Of a DNA stretch of 26,880 bases, positions 1 through 7,940 are shown piece after piece (the first letter of the stretch is position 1; each line of letters starts with the position of its first letter). The position numbers and the translations under genes are program-made. The notes under the pieces were generated by a model. It was not told where the DNA came from, ran no database searches, and worked only from the letters and a program-made list of their open reading frames with translations. The DNA is taken from positions 1-26,880 of IMG/VR virus record IMGVR_UViG_3300005805_000392; one strand, written 5' to 3'. The DNA is from a virus (lineage: Duplodnaviria > Caudoviricetes).

Positions 1-1119
1 TGTATCTTCATGCTCATGGTGATCTCCATTGATGCTATAGAAAACAAACTCAAGAATATTTTGTGAATTTGCTAATTTTACAACACCCTTGATAACAGAA
101 GTTGAATCGTCAATTGTCTGTATATAATTGTAAGCATTGGCACCAAAGCGATCCAGATAACTAATACAAATTGCACTAGCATTGTTCAATAATGCGTCAT
201 TTACTTGAAGATATCCTGATCCTGGATTATCGTGCACTGTGTTAGCGTTGAATTTATATTCAAAAGTTGCGCCACCAAAGGATCCAGGTTGACCTTGCAC
301 ACCTTGGAATCCCTGATTACCTTGAACACCTTGAAATCCTTGAGCACCCTGTTGACCTTGTGAACCTTGAGTACCCTGAACACCCTGCGGTCCTTGTGGT
401 CCAGAATCACCAGTTCGATCAAATGATACAAGTGTGTTCTTTTGATTGCTGAAAGAAGATGCAGGTCCACTGGTGTAATCAAGTCCGATTACATAATAGT
501 TTACATTCGCAGTGGCAACAAGTCCAATCGAATCTAACTTGAATATTGCATAGTCAGCACCATTGTTGATGTCGACAATGCGAATAAATGCCTTGTCTAC
601 AGCGGTTGAGTCTGCGACGTGTTCTAGATATGGACCAGTATTTGCACCAGGGAAATCTTCACTGCTAATATACATCTCTGTTGCGAGAGTGAAGTCAGCA
701 GCATTAAGTTTGAATGTTCCGCTTACAGGCTCAGTGTTAGCAGTGTTGAAGTCGAAGAAATAATTAAATGACACACCACCAAAGAGACCTTGGAATCCTT
801 GTGAGCCTTGTGTTCCCTGTAAACCTTGAGCGCCTTGAACTCCTTGTGCGCCTTGCACACCCTGTGCTCCTTGAGCACCCTGAGCGCCTTGAGCTCCCTG
901 TGCGCCCTGTACTCCTTGAATACCCTGTGCGCCTTGCACACCTTGAGCACCCTGTGCGCCTTGTGCTCCTTGCGATCCCTGTGAACCTTGTGTACCTTGC
1001 GGACCTTGTGGTCCAGTTGGACCAGGTGCGCCTGATTTTAGGTTAAGTTTGCCAACTTCCTGTTGGTTGTTGACATTGACAGAACCAACAGTATTTTGAT
1101 TCTTGACTTCAATCTTCAT
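1..1119 (-). CDS. Collagen-like (G-X-Q)n fibre protein with repeated globular domains; 3' end lies beyond the window (not in the ORF track)
   Basis: Manual translation from ATG 1119, which overlaps the upstream TGA (ATGA): [29 protein letters not shown]-(GXY)28[21 protein letters not shown]...SFDRT-(GXY)15[21 protein letters not shown]...HHEHEDT. The frame stays open for 373 codons to the window edge. Confidence 0.9.
   Translation of the reverse strand, partial: MKIEVKNQNTVGSVNVNNQQEVGKLNLKSGAPGPTGPQGPQGTQGSQGSQGAQGAQGAQGVQGAQGIQGVQGAQGAQGAQGAQGAQGVQGAQGVQGAQGLQGTQGSQGFQGLFGGVSFNYFFDFNTANTEPVSGTFKLNAADFTLATEMYISSEDFPGANTGPYLEHVADSTAVDKAFIRIVDINNGADYAIFKLDSIGLVATANVNYYVIGLDYTSGPASSFSNQKNTLVSFDRTGDSGPQGPQGVQGTQGSQGQQGAQGFQGVQGNQGFQGVQGQPGSFGGATFEYKFNANTVHDNPGSGYLQVNDALLNNASAICISYLDRFGANAYNYIQTIDDSTSVIKGVVKLANSQNILEFVFYSINGDHHEHEDT
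277..411 (-). repeat. 9-bp period collagen-coding repeat, 15 Gly-X-Y triplets
   Basis: [45 protein letters not shown]; the + strand shows ccttgNNNN periodicity. Confidence 0.9.
781..1032 (-). repeat. 9-bp period collagen-coding repeat, 28 Gly-X-Y triplets
   Basis: Runs GAP GPT GPQ ... GAQ/GVQ ... GFQ GLF, with degenerate ccttgtgca/ccttgagca units. Confidence 0.9.
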
Positions 1120-1448
1120 CGACTAACCTGTGGTGTTACAGTTATAATTCCTTCTAATATTCTAGTAACAACACTAGTATTCGATGTCATCTTTACATCA
1201 TAAAGATATCTACCAGGAGTAATATTAGCAGTGTTCGCGGAGGTGATAGATAACTTGACGTTGCCGTTAGCAGCGTCTACAATAGTTACTGTGATATTCG
1301 CAGTTGCGTTAGAGGAATAATAGGACTTTCTTATCTGAGATTGAAAGGTATAATTGGCTACATTGATAGCGGTTCCATCATCGTTGGTTAGGTCGATAGA
1401 GGTTTCAAATGTAGTTCCTTGATCAAGAGTAAGTTCTGCGTAAGCCAT
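1116..1448 (-). CDS. Small conserved virion structural protein (beta-sandwich, BppU-N-like) typical of T4-like fibre regions
   Basis: 110 aa with motifs [25 protein letters not shown] and [16 protein letters not shown], which I recognise from cyanophage-like T4 structural genes. GAGAG RBS lies upstream. Confidence 0.8.
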   Translation of the reverse strand: MAYAELTLDQGTTFETSIDLTNDDGTAINVANYTFQSQIRKSYYSSNATANITVTIVDAANGNVKLSITSANTANITPGRYLYDVKMTSNTSVVTRILEGIITVTPQVSR

Positions 1449-1479
1449 TTTCGCTCTCTATGAGTGTGAGGTGTCATAG

Positions 1480-1487
1480 TATTTAGG
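1480..1487 (-). promoter_or_regulatory. Putative T4-type late promoter (CCTAAATA)
   Basis: TAAATA core sits in the 45-bp gap (1449-1493) upstream of the 110-aa gene and the second fibre; it is a variant of T4 TATAAATA. Confidence 0.6.
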
Positions 1488-1493
1488 TTTTCA

Positions 1494-2096
1494 TTATGGT
1501 GTTATAGTCAAAGTTGATGGAGAGGACATATCAGATGTAACATTAGTCCAATACCATAGCGTATAATTATATGTAGAATTGTATGTCGGAGTCACTGCAA
1601 CACTCGCTCTAGTATAAGTTGTGCTACCTAAAGTTATTGATGTCCAAATTCCTGGATTAGAAGTGTAATCCCCAGATAATTCAAAAATTAAACGGTTTCC
1701 TTCTCCCCACCTATAAAGACCGAAAAAAGTGGTGGATGCGGTGCTACTTACACTAGTTCCGTATTGAGTTTGAGTTGAGGATCCGAATGGTCCTCTATTA
1801 AACCCACTTAGAACTAAATCTACTCCACCCAAATAGCCGTAGTAAGTATTATTAGTCAAATTTGGAAAAGATCCAGAAATAATCGTTTGTTGTTGTGGAG
1901 TTATAGTTGTAACAAAATTTTTGCTAGCACCTAAAAAATTTCTTATAGTTATTGTGCCACTAGATGGAATGCTAGAATTTACCCCATGATTTCGAACATA
2001 TCCAGCTCCTCTTCTGTAAGAGGTTAAAGTATTAGGACCACTGAATTCAGTCTTAATATCACTTAATGCTATTGTCCCAGAAGAAGGTAGAGCCAT
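1494..2096 (-). CDS. Putative fibre-tip adhesin / receptor-binding protein (functional analogue of T2/S16 gp38)
   Basis: N-terminus MALPSSGTIALSDIKTEF...YRRGAGYV...IPSSGTITIRNFLGASK matches the attachment module often found directly after S74-chaperone fibre genes. The C-terminal part is rich in Ser, Thr and aromatics. Confidence 0.65.
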   Translation of the reverse strand: MALPSSGTIALSDIKTEFSGPNTLTSYRRGAGYVRNHGVNSSIPSSGTITIRNFLGASKNFVTTITPQQQTIISGSFPNLTNNTYYGYLGGVDLVLSGFNRGPFGSSTQTQYGTSVSSTASTTFFGLYRWGEGNRLIFELSGDYTSNPGIWTSITLGSTTYTRASVAVTPTYNSTYNYTLWYWTNVTSDMSSPSTLTITP

Positions 2097-2098
2097 AA

Positions 2099-4540
2099 TT
2101 ACTCACCCAATCTTGCTTCTAGTGCCTTCACCTTATCATTGAGTTCTTTGATGGCTTCAATCAATAGAGGAACTAGTTTACCGTAACTGACGCTGAAATA
2201 TCCTGTTTCGTTTTTATGTACGCTTTCAGGTACGACCTCTAGAACATTTTGAGCAATCAAACCTATTTGTGGAGCACTATCAGTAAACTGTAGTTCTTTC
2301 AATGCTAATTCATTCCACTTATATGTCACACCGTTTATAGATGAAACCTTATCAAGTGGATTATCAATTGCTCCAGTAATTTCCTTCAATCTTCCATCAG
2401 AAGTTGCTGAGAAGTCAACTGCACTCAACACACCAGTAGAAGCATTATAAGAGAATATTCTAGTGCTGCTCGCAACTTTAGGAACACCGTTTGTACCACC
2501 ACCACCTGTTCCTAGAACCATCACTGGATACAGTGTAGAAGAAGCAGTGTCTAGTGCTGCATTGATGTCATTGCCTGGTCCACTTGCACCTTGTGCACCT
2601 TGACGACCTTGTGCACCTTGAACACCAGTTGCTCCAATTGCACCTTGCACACCTTGTGCACCAGTTGCTCCAATAGCACCTTGTACACCTTGTGCACCAG
2701 TGGATCCAGTGGCGCCTTGTGCGCCAGTAGAACCATTAGCACCTTGTGCACCCTGACGACCTTGTGCACCTTGCACACCTTGAGTTCCTACGCTACCCTG
2801 CGCACCAGTTGCACCTTGCGCACCAACAACACCTTGTGCTCCAGCAGAAGCAACAACGATAGACAATGCAGTACCACCAGCTGGTAGAGTTCCCGTGACA
2901 TATGATACTGGAACTTGTAACCAACCAGAATTATTTGTGACTGCTCCTGTAATTTGAAATACAAAGAACTGTTGTGTGCCTGAAGTTGAACGACTTTGGA
3001 ATACTAGATATGTTCCATTAGTCCAACCTGCAATCCAACCTGATTGTCCTGTGTTATAGTTATCAACTGAGTCAATCGCCATTTGAGTGATTGATCCAAC
3101 AGTGCCGCTATTGAAACGGAAGTTACCGTTACCAGGATCAGAAGCTGTATCAGTAGAACTCTGGTATGTGTAGGCAGCACCACCGCGAACACCTTCAGCG
3201 CCTTGCACGCCTTGTGCACCTTGATCTCCTTGGCGACCTTGCGCTCCCTGCACACCTTGCGCTCCTTGTGCGCCTTGAGCACCAATTGCGCCTTGGGCGC
3301 CTTGCGCACCTTGACGACCTTGAGAACCTTGTTGCCCAACATCACCCTGATTTCCTTGAGAACCTTGAACTCCTTGTGCACCTTGACGACCTTGCGCACC
3401 CTGAGCACCTTGAGCACCAACTGCTTGGGCTACTGTAAATGAGATGTTAGCATTGCCAGCAGCTGCTCCACCTTGTGGTCCCTCAACAGTAACAATGATT
3501 GTCTCAGAATTTACAAAGTTCAACTGTCTCTTATCTAATGTGCTACCACCATTGGCAGATACACGAACAGTATTTGCAGCAGTATTTGCAGCTTCGTTAG
3601 AGCCAGCTGAAGAAATTGCTAGTTGCGCAACACTGTTTAGACCCTGGGCTGTAGCAACTGCCACTGCACTGGTGTTAGTGTAATCTGATGTCAAATTAGC
3701 AGCGACTAGAATTCTAGAATATCCTTGAACACCTTGAGCACCGAATCCTGCTGAGTTGGTAGTTAGTGCCCAGTATCCATCATTACCTGCTCCAACAGAG
3801 GCAATATATGTGATGTACGCATTGAGTGTTGATCCAGAACCTCGATAAACACCAAACGAACCATCCCCTGCTGCTTGCGTTCCAACGCGAATGACTTGTT
3901 CATCAGAGGCTACTTCAGAAGGAGCGACGATCGGATCACGAACTCGAAGGACGTTTACAGCCAAGTCTGAAATGTTTGCGGTTGCGACGTTGAGCGTAGA
4001 AGTTACCCAAACATTACCAACATTCAAATTACCTTTTGAGGATCCACTGGCTTTGATATTTACATGACCAGTTGTGTTGACTGTCAAAATATCGGCAATA
4101 TTCAAATACATATCATTGTTGCTGTAAACACCAGTGGTTTCTAGCCATCCTCTGGCTGCTACATTTACAGCATTGATTACAGAATTACTATTGATGGTGT
4201 TACCACGAAGATTACCAGCAATTTGAAAATTGATGCTTGGATTGGAAAATCGAACGTTTCCAGACTCACTCAAGAATGTAGAGCCACCGCCGTCTTGTTC
4301 AAAATTATTGACGTCTAGTAGTCCAGCAACGCGAACATTAGATGTTACCTCTAGAGTGGTTCCTTGCACTCCTTGGAGGTACATAGATTGCCCTTCTCCG
4401 AGAATGATGTCACCAGCTGGCTTTACAAAATCACCACGTAAAATTTCGTTTACATCATTGATTGCCAGATTGGTCTGCACACGCCATTGATCAAATGTAT
4501 TGGCTGTGCCTACATTTGTTGTATTTGAACTACTTGCCAT
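2099..4540 (-). CDS. Tail fibre with collagen-like segments and a C-terminal intramolecular chaperone (peptidase S74)
   Basis: N-terminal [13 protein letters not shown] myovirus fibre-anchor motif; two (GXQ)n runs; C-terminal TSDGRLK...INGVTYKWN...[16 protein letters not shown]...[17 protein letters not shown], the S74 autocleaving chaperone signature (about 2102-2401). Confidence 0.9.
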   Translation of the reverse strand: MASSSNTTNVGTANTFDQWRVQTNLAINDVNEILRGDFVKPAGDIILGEGQSMYLQGVQGTTLEVTSNVRVAGLLDVNNFEQDGGGSTFLSESGNVRFSNPSINFQIAGNLRGNTINSNSVINAVNVAARGWLETTGVYSNNDMYLNIADILTVNTTGHVNIKASGSSKGNLNVGNVWVTSTLNVATANISDLAVNVLRVRDPIVAPSEVASDEQVIRVGTQAAGDGSFGVYRGSGSTLNAYITYIASVGAGNDGYWALTTNSAGFGAQGVQGYSRILVAANLTSDYTNTSAVAVATAQGLNSVAQLAISSAGSNEAANTAANTVRVSANGGSTLDKRQLNFVNSETIIVTVEGPQGGAAAGNANISFTVAQAVGAQGAQGAQGRQGAQGVQGSQGNQGDVGQQGSQGRQGAQGAQGAIGAQGAQGAQGVQGAQGRQGDQGAQGVQGAEGVRGGAAYTYQSSTDTASDPGNGNFRFNSGTVGSITQMAIDSVDNYNTGQSGWIAGWTNGTYLVFQSRSTSGTQQFFVFQITGAVTNNSGWLQVPVSYVTGTLPAGGTALSIVVASAGAQGVVGAQGATGAQGSVGTQGVQGAQGRQGAQGANGSTGAQGATGSTGAQGVQGAIGATGAQGVQGAIGATGVQGAQGRQGAQGASGPGNDINAALDTASSTLYPVMVLGTGGGGTNGVPKVASSTRIFSYNASTGVLSAVDFSATSDGRLKEITGAIDNPLDKVSSINGVTYKWNELALKELQFTDSAPQIGLIAQNVLEVVPESVHKNETGYFSVSYGKLVPLLIEAIKELNDKVKALEARLGE
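2573..2842 (-). repeat. Collagen-coding repeat, 30 Gly-X-Y triplets
   Basis: [12 protein letters not shown] ... [12 protein letters not shown] within the 813-aa ORF. Confidence 0.9.
3185..3418 (-). repeat. Collagen-coding repeat, 26 Gly-X-Y triplets
   Basis: [12 protein letters not shown] ... GAE GVR within the 813-aa ORF. Confidence 0.9.
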
Positions 4541-4739
4541 TGATTAGCTCTCTTAGCATTGATTTCAATTCTGAAATATCATTCTTGATACTATTTATTT
4601 CTTCATCTCGCTGCTTTTGCTTGCGCAGTTGTTCCATTTTCAATTCATGTTTCTTCAAAGAATCTGGATCAGTGTTCAAAATTGCGAGATTTTTAGTATC
4701 TCGAACGAATTTTTCATTATCTTTCACTCTGAGTTTCAT
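4530..4739 (-). CDS. Small conserved coiled-coil protein (69 aa) that follows VrlC-like genes in T4-like phages
   Basis: Start corrected to ATG 4739, coupled to the upstream TAA at 4741. Sequence [24 protein letters not shown]...[23 protein letters not shown] shows the VRD...AILNTD motif and a heptad C-terminus. Confidence 0.8.
   Translation of the reverse strand: MKLRVKDNEKFVRDTKNLAILNTDPDSLKKHELKMEQLRKQKQRDEEINSIKNDISELKSMLRELINGK
4592..4599 (-). promoter_or_regulatory. Possible internal late promoter (AATAAATA) for the fibre gene
   Basis: ATAAATA lies about 50 nt upstream of the fibre ATG (4540), inside the small gene. Confidence 0.45.
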
Positions 4740-4740
4740 A

Positions 4741-7700
4741 TTATCCCTCTGGTGTGGCGATGATACGAAGGTTGCGAACAATTGGAATTACAGCCTGATC
4801 CGCTGATAGTAAACAAATTTTGATTGCAAAATACTTGAACTTATCTCCAATTGGATACTTTCTACCATTCTCATAGTAGTATAGTTTGTTTTCTTCCAGA
4901 TTTGGGCGATATTCTAGTTCTATGATTTCCTGATCATTCTTAGAAGAACGATCTACTCTTCTCAGCATACGAATCCAACGCTTATCATTGAAACGATCTG
5001 GATCATCAGCTGATAGAACTTTATAATACACTTGAATATCTGTTCCAGTTGGGCGAATTACATCCATAAACACTCTCAAATCACCAGATTCAAAATTATC
5101 TTCAAGGGCAATCTGGCGAGTCAGATATTTAGCGCGAATGTTACCACCTTCCTTGCCAGTCTCACCATTTACGATTGCTCGTGAGCGAACATTTGTAGTC
5201 GCATAACCATTTGCAATATTGATGGTTGGGCTTTCAATATAGCCAGAACCACCTTCAGATATTACAATATAGTCTACTGTGTTAGAACCAGTGGTATTGG
5301 CAACAGCGAATCCATTTGCATTCGCACCACCACCGCCTGATACTGTTATTGAGTACATTGCAATGTTGTAGTTATTCGCATAGAAAGTTTGTCTGAATAA
5401 CTGCGCAGCGTTACCTTGCTGAGTCCAGTTTGGAGCAGTTCCTAGCACTGCACCATTTATACCAATAATCGAATTACCAGAAGTGGAATATGCGTTGTAA
5501 CCTATTCCTGGATTGATAATTGAAATTATGTTGTTAGACATTTCACCATTATTGATGTCATGCTCTGCAGTAATTAGTGTCAAAGATTCTAGGTTGAAGA
5601 TTGGAGTGACATCTGGATCCGCAGTTGTGAAGTTTGCGGTCACAATTATACTGTTAGCATTACCCACCTTTATCAAACGGCTATTGAATGATGATTTGTT
5701 AGAAAAATCTAGCAGTTTACCGTAGGACAATTGTTTGTGTGGTGTTAGTTTGTTCTTACCAGTTTCATAAGATGATGGATCAGCTTTCTTCAAACCTTTC
5801 ACTTCATATTCAACTGCAGTTGTTGGGAAGGTCAATTGGTTAGTGTGAATTACAATTCTATCCACGTTCTGTGTATATCTTGGCGCCTCTGCCAACGCGA
5901 ATGTAGCGTTACCAGTAGTACTGAACACAGCCTTATTGACTATGAACATCAGATCTTGATTCTGATAGTTGGTCCATGTTGTGGCGTTTTGTGCGCGGAA
6001 TAGTGATCCAGCATATGGCTGCTCACTAATTCTTTGCGGAGGATCTGCACCCAACACATCCTGACCCATTTCGGCGATGTAAACGCTGTATTCTGGTGAC
6101 TCAGTAGCAATAGTGATTGCATACTCACTGTCTGGTGTCAAGTATACAGGGTCATCAAAAGTGAACTTGGTTTTGGTTGCTGTATTTGCGATGCTAGGTA
6201 ATGTTGAAACTTTCACATCTTTTGCTTTTACAGTCTTTGAAGCCAAATATTTCTTTGTTGGAAATCCATTCTTCACTTCAGCAATCTTGACAGTCACTGG
6301 GAACTGTAGCGAAGCATTTGCTGTACTTGGTTTAGCAGAGAAGTATAGATCTACCGATGTTACAAATATACCATAGTTGGTCTTATTTGTACTTGGCTTT
6401 GGTGTGAAGAAGGTTTGCGACAATCCATCTGCGCTTTGTACTGTTGGAATGGTGCTAGTTGTTGCACCAGTAACAGGATCTGTTGTGCTGCTAGAAGTAT
6501 ATGTTCTATCAGTGGGATCTACTGGGGCGATTGGATTGTCTGGATTATATTCTGGTAGTGGAGTCAAAACTGGAGAGGTGGTTGAAGATGGCTTACCAGT
6601 AAATAATGCACTAGCAGAAAACTTAGCCGAAGCCTTCATAGAAAAGTTAGGATCTTTTAGTGTATTTGTATCTGTGATTGAGAAGATTCTATCACCAGTT
6701 TCAAATTTGAAATTTGGCTCAGCGGGAACATTGTAGATACCAGAAATGGTGCCGTTCTCATCTACTATATGATTGCCAAATGAATATTTGCTAGTATGAT
6801 CAGGATCAATTTCGAACGCACTATTTACTTTTACTCTGTTTCCACTTACAGCAACAACCCTACGGATTTGACCTAGACCAGCACCAGCTGTAATATACAT
6901 CAAATTACCATTGACAGTAGATGTGTTTGCAGATGAGATGTAAACATTCAATCCAGTTTGTGATGGTTCTACAGTGATATTATTGCCTTTGTTATTTGCA
7001 ATAATACCTGAGTTGTGTTGATGTGATAGAACTATGACGCTCTTAGAAACATTGGCAATTGATCGAACCACAAAGTTAGGTTCCATATCATAAGAAACTG
7101 TTCCTCTGCAAAATAGCCCAGCTGAATCTGTGTTTGATGCATTGAATAGGAAGGCAGGAGCATTCGCAGCTTCGTCGGTTTGAGCAACATTCAACGATCC
7201 ACTCAAAGTCTTCAAGGAAATAGTGGTACCACCAGTTCCATTGTTATAGTACATCACTTGACCGACATATGATGCGGTGTTTACATTAGCGTATTGAGCA
7301 TTTCCTGTAACTGTTTGATAAACCAAATCGCCAATCTTATAATGCTCAGATAGAGAAACCAGATTGTTTACTGTATTGACAGTTATAAAATTTTCGTTGA
7401 CGTATAGAATATTCTCACCAGAAGTTCCAATGGCTTCAAAATATACGTTATTGTTGGTGCAAATCAATGCCTCATTTTTGTAAAACAGATCAGAAGTCAA
7501 TGCGGGAGTTGTATTTACAATGTTAGCAGAAAGTGTTAGCAGCTCTGTAGATACGTTATCAACGTAGATTGGAGCATCTTCATTATAGTTTCCGCTCTGA
7601 GTCTTGATTGTAAGTATTTTGTTGGTAGAGTCATAACTGTGAACTATTCCCGAGAAAGTTGCTGCAGCTCTACTGTCTCCCTGATAAACATAATCATTGA

Positions 7701-7938
7701 GATGCGCTGCAGCACTTTCCGACAGATCTTTCAGACCAAGAATTTTTCTAGAGTTTAGTATGATCTTGTTGCCTTTTTGGCAGAACAAGTTTACGGCAAT
7801 CTCATCGAAAAACATTCTTCCGATTTTCCCTGGACGCATATTGTCCACTTCAAAGGAAATATCTTGACTTCGGATGTATGGGATTAGCGAAATTTCTTTT
7901 ACTAATGATCCCTGTTCTAATAGAATTTCTTCAGCCAT
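4741..7938 (-). CDS. Virion structural protein corresponding to the C-terminal half of a VrlC/DUF4815-like protein
   Basis: ATG 7938 with AGGA upstream. Motifs IPYIRSQDISF..MRP..FFD, LSQTFF..GIFVTSVDLYFSAKP..PVTVKI..NGFP, TKFTFDDPVYL, QPYAGSLFRAQNATTW..Q.QDLMF and KFKYFAIKI..P.VRNLRIIA are typical of the C-half of T4-like VrlC-like proteins. Confidence 0.8.
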   Translation of the reverse strand: MAEEILLEQGSLVKEISLIPYIRSQDISFEVDNMRPGKIGRMFFDEIAVNLFCQKGNKIILNSRKILGLKDLSESAAAHLNDYVYQGDSRAAATFSGIVHSYDSTNKILTIKTQSGNYNEDAPIYVDNVSTELLTLSANIVNTTPALTSDLFYKNEALICTNNNVYFEAIGTSGENILYVNENFITVNTVNNLVSLSEHYKIGDLVYQTVTGNAQYANVNTASYVGQVMYYNNGTGGTTISLKTLSGSLNVAQTDEAANAPAFLFNASNTDSAGLFCRGTVSYDMEPNFVVRSIANVSKSVIVLSHQHNSGIIANNKGNNITVEPSQTGLNVYISSANTSTVNGNLMYITAGAGLGQIRRVVAVSGNRVKVNSAFEIDPDHTSKYSFGNHIVDENGTISGIYNVPAEPNFKFETGDRIFSITDTNTLKDPNFSMKASAKFSASALFTGKPSSTTSPVLTPLPEYNPDNPIAPVDPTDRTYTSSSTTDPVTGATTSTIPTVQSADGLSQTFFTPKPSTNKTNYGIFVTSVDLYFSAKPSTANASLQFPVTVKIAEVKNGFPTKKYLASKTVKAKDVKVSTLPSIANTATKTKFTFDDPVYLTPDSEYAITIATESPEYSVYIAEMGQDVLGADPPQRISEQPYAGSLFRAQNATTWTNYQNQDLMFIVNKAVFSTTGNATFALAEAPRYTQNVDRIVIHTNQLTFPTTAVEYEVKGLKKADPSSYETGKNKLTPHKQLSYGKLLDFSNKSSFNSRLIKVGNANSIIVTANFTTADPDVTPIFNLESLTLITAEHDINNGEMSNNIISIINPGIGYNAYSTSGNSIIGINGAVLGTAPNWTQQGNAAQLFRQTFYANNYNIAMYSITVSGGGGANANGFAVANTTGSNTVDYIVISEGGSGYIESPTINIANGYATTNVRSRAIVNGETGKEGGNIRAKYLTRQIALEDNFESGDLRVFMDVIRPTGTDIQVYYKVLSADDPDRFNDKRWIRMLRRVDRSSKNDQEIIELEYRPNLEENKLYYYENGRKYPIGDKFKYFAIKICLLSADQAVIPIVRNLRIIATPEG

Positions 7939-7940
7939 TA

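Noticed and set aside
201-1046. ORF-track entries 201..482, 267..452, 563..763, 723..950 and 768..1046
   Set aside because: These are alternative-frame or antisense shadows of the collagen-coding gene 1..1119; the 9-bp repeat keeps other frames open.
277-3418. Tandem ccttgNNNN repeats as a CRISPR array or DGR template/variable repeat pair
   Set aside because: The period is 9 bp, in frame and degenerate at synonymous sites. There are no unique spacers, no adenine-specific variant pair, and no cas or reverse transcriptase gene in the window.
2551-3683. Short ORFs with VHKV, CTL or LAHL periodicity
   Set aside because: Off-frame or antisense readings of the (GXQ)n repeats inside the 813-aa fibre.
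4740-4781. Upstream TTG start of the 83-aa ORF given in the track
   Set aside because: It overlaps the end of the preceding gene; ATG 4739, coupled to the stop, gives the family-typical N-terminus.
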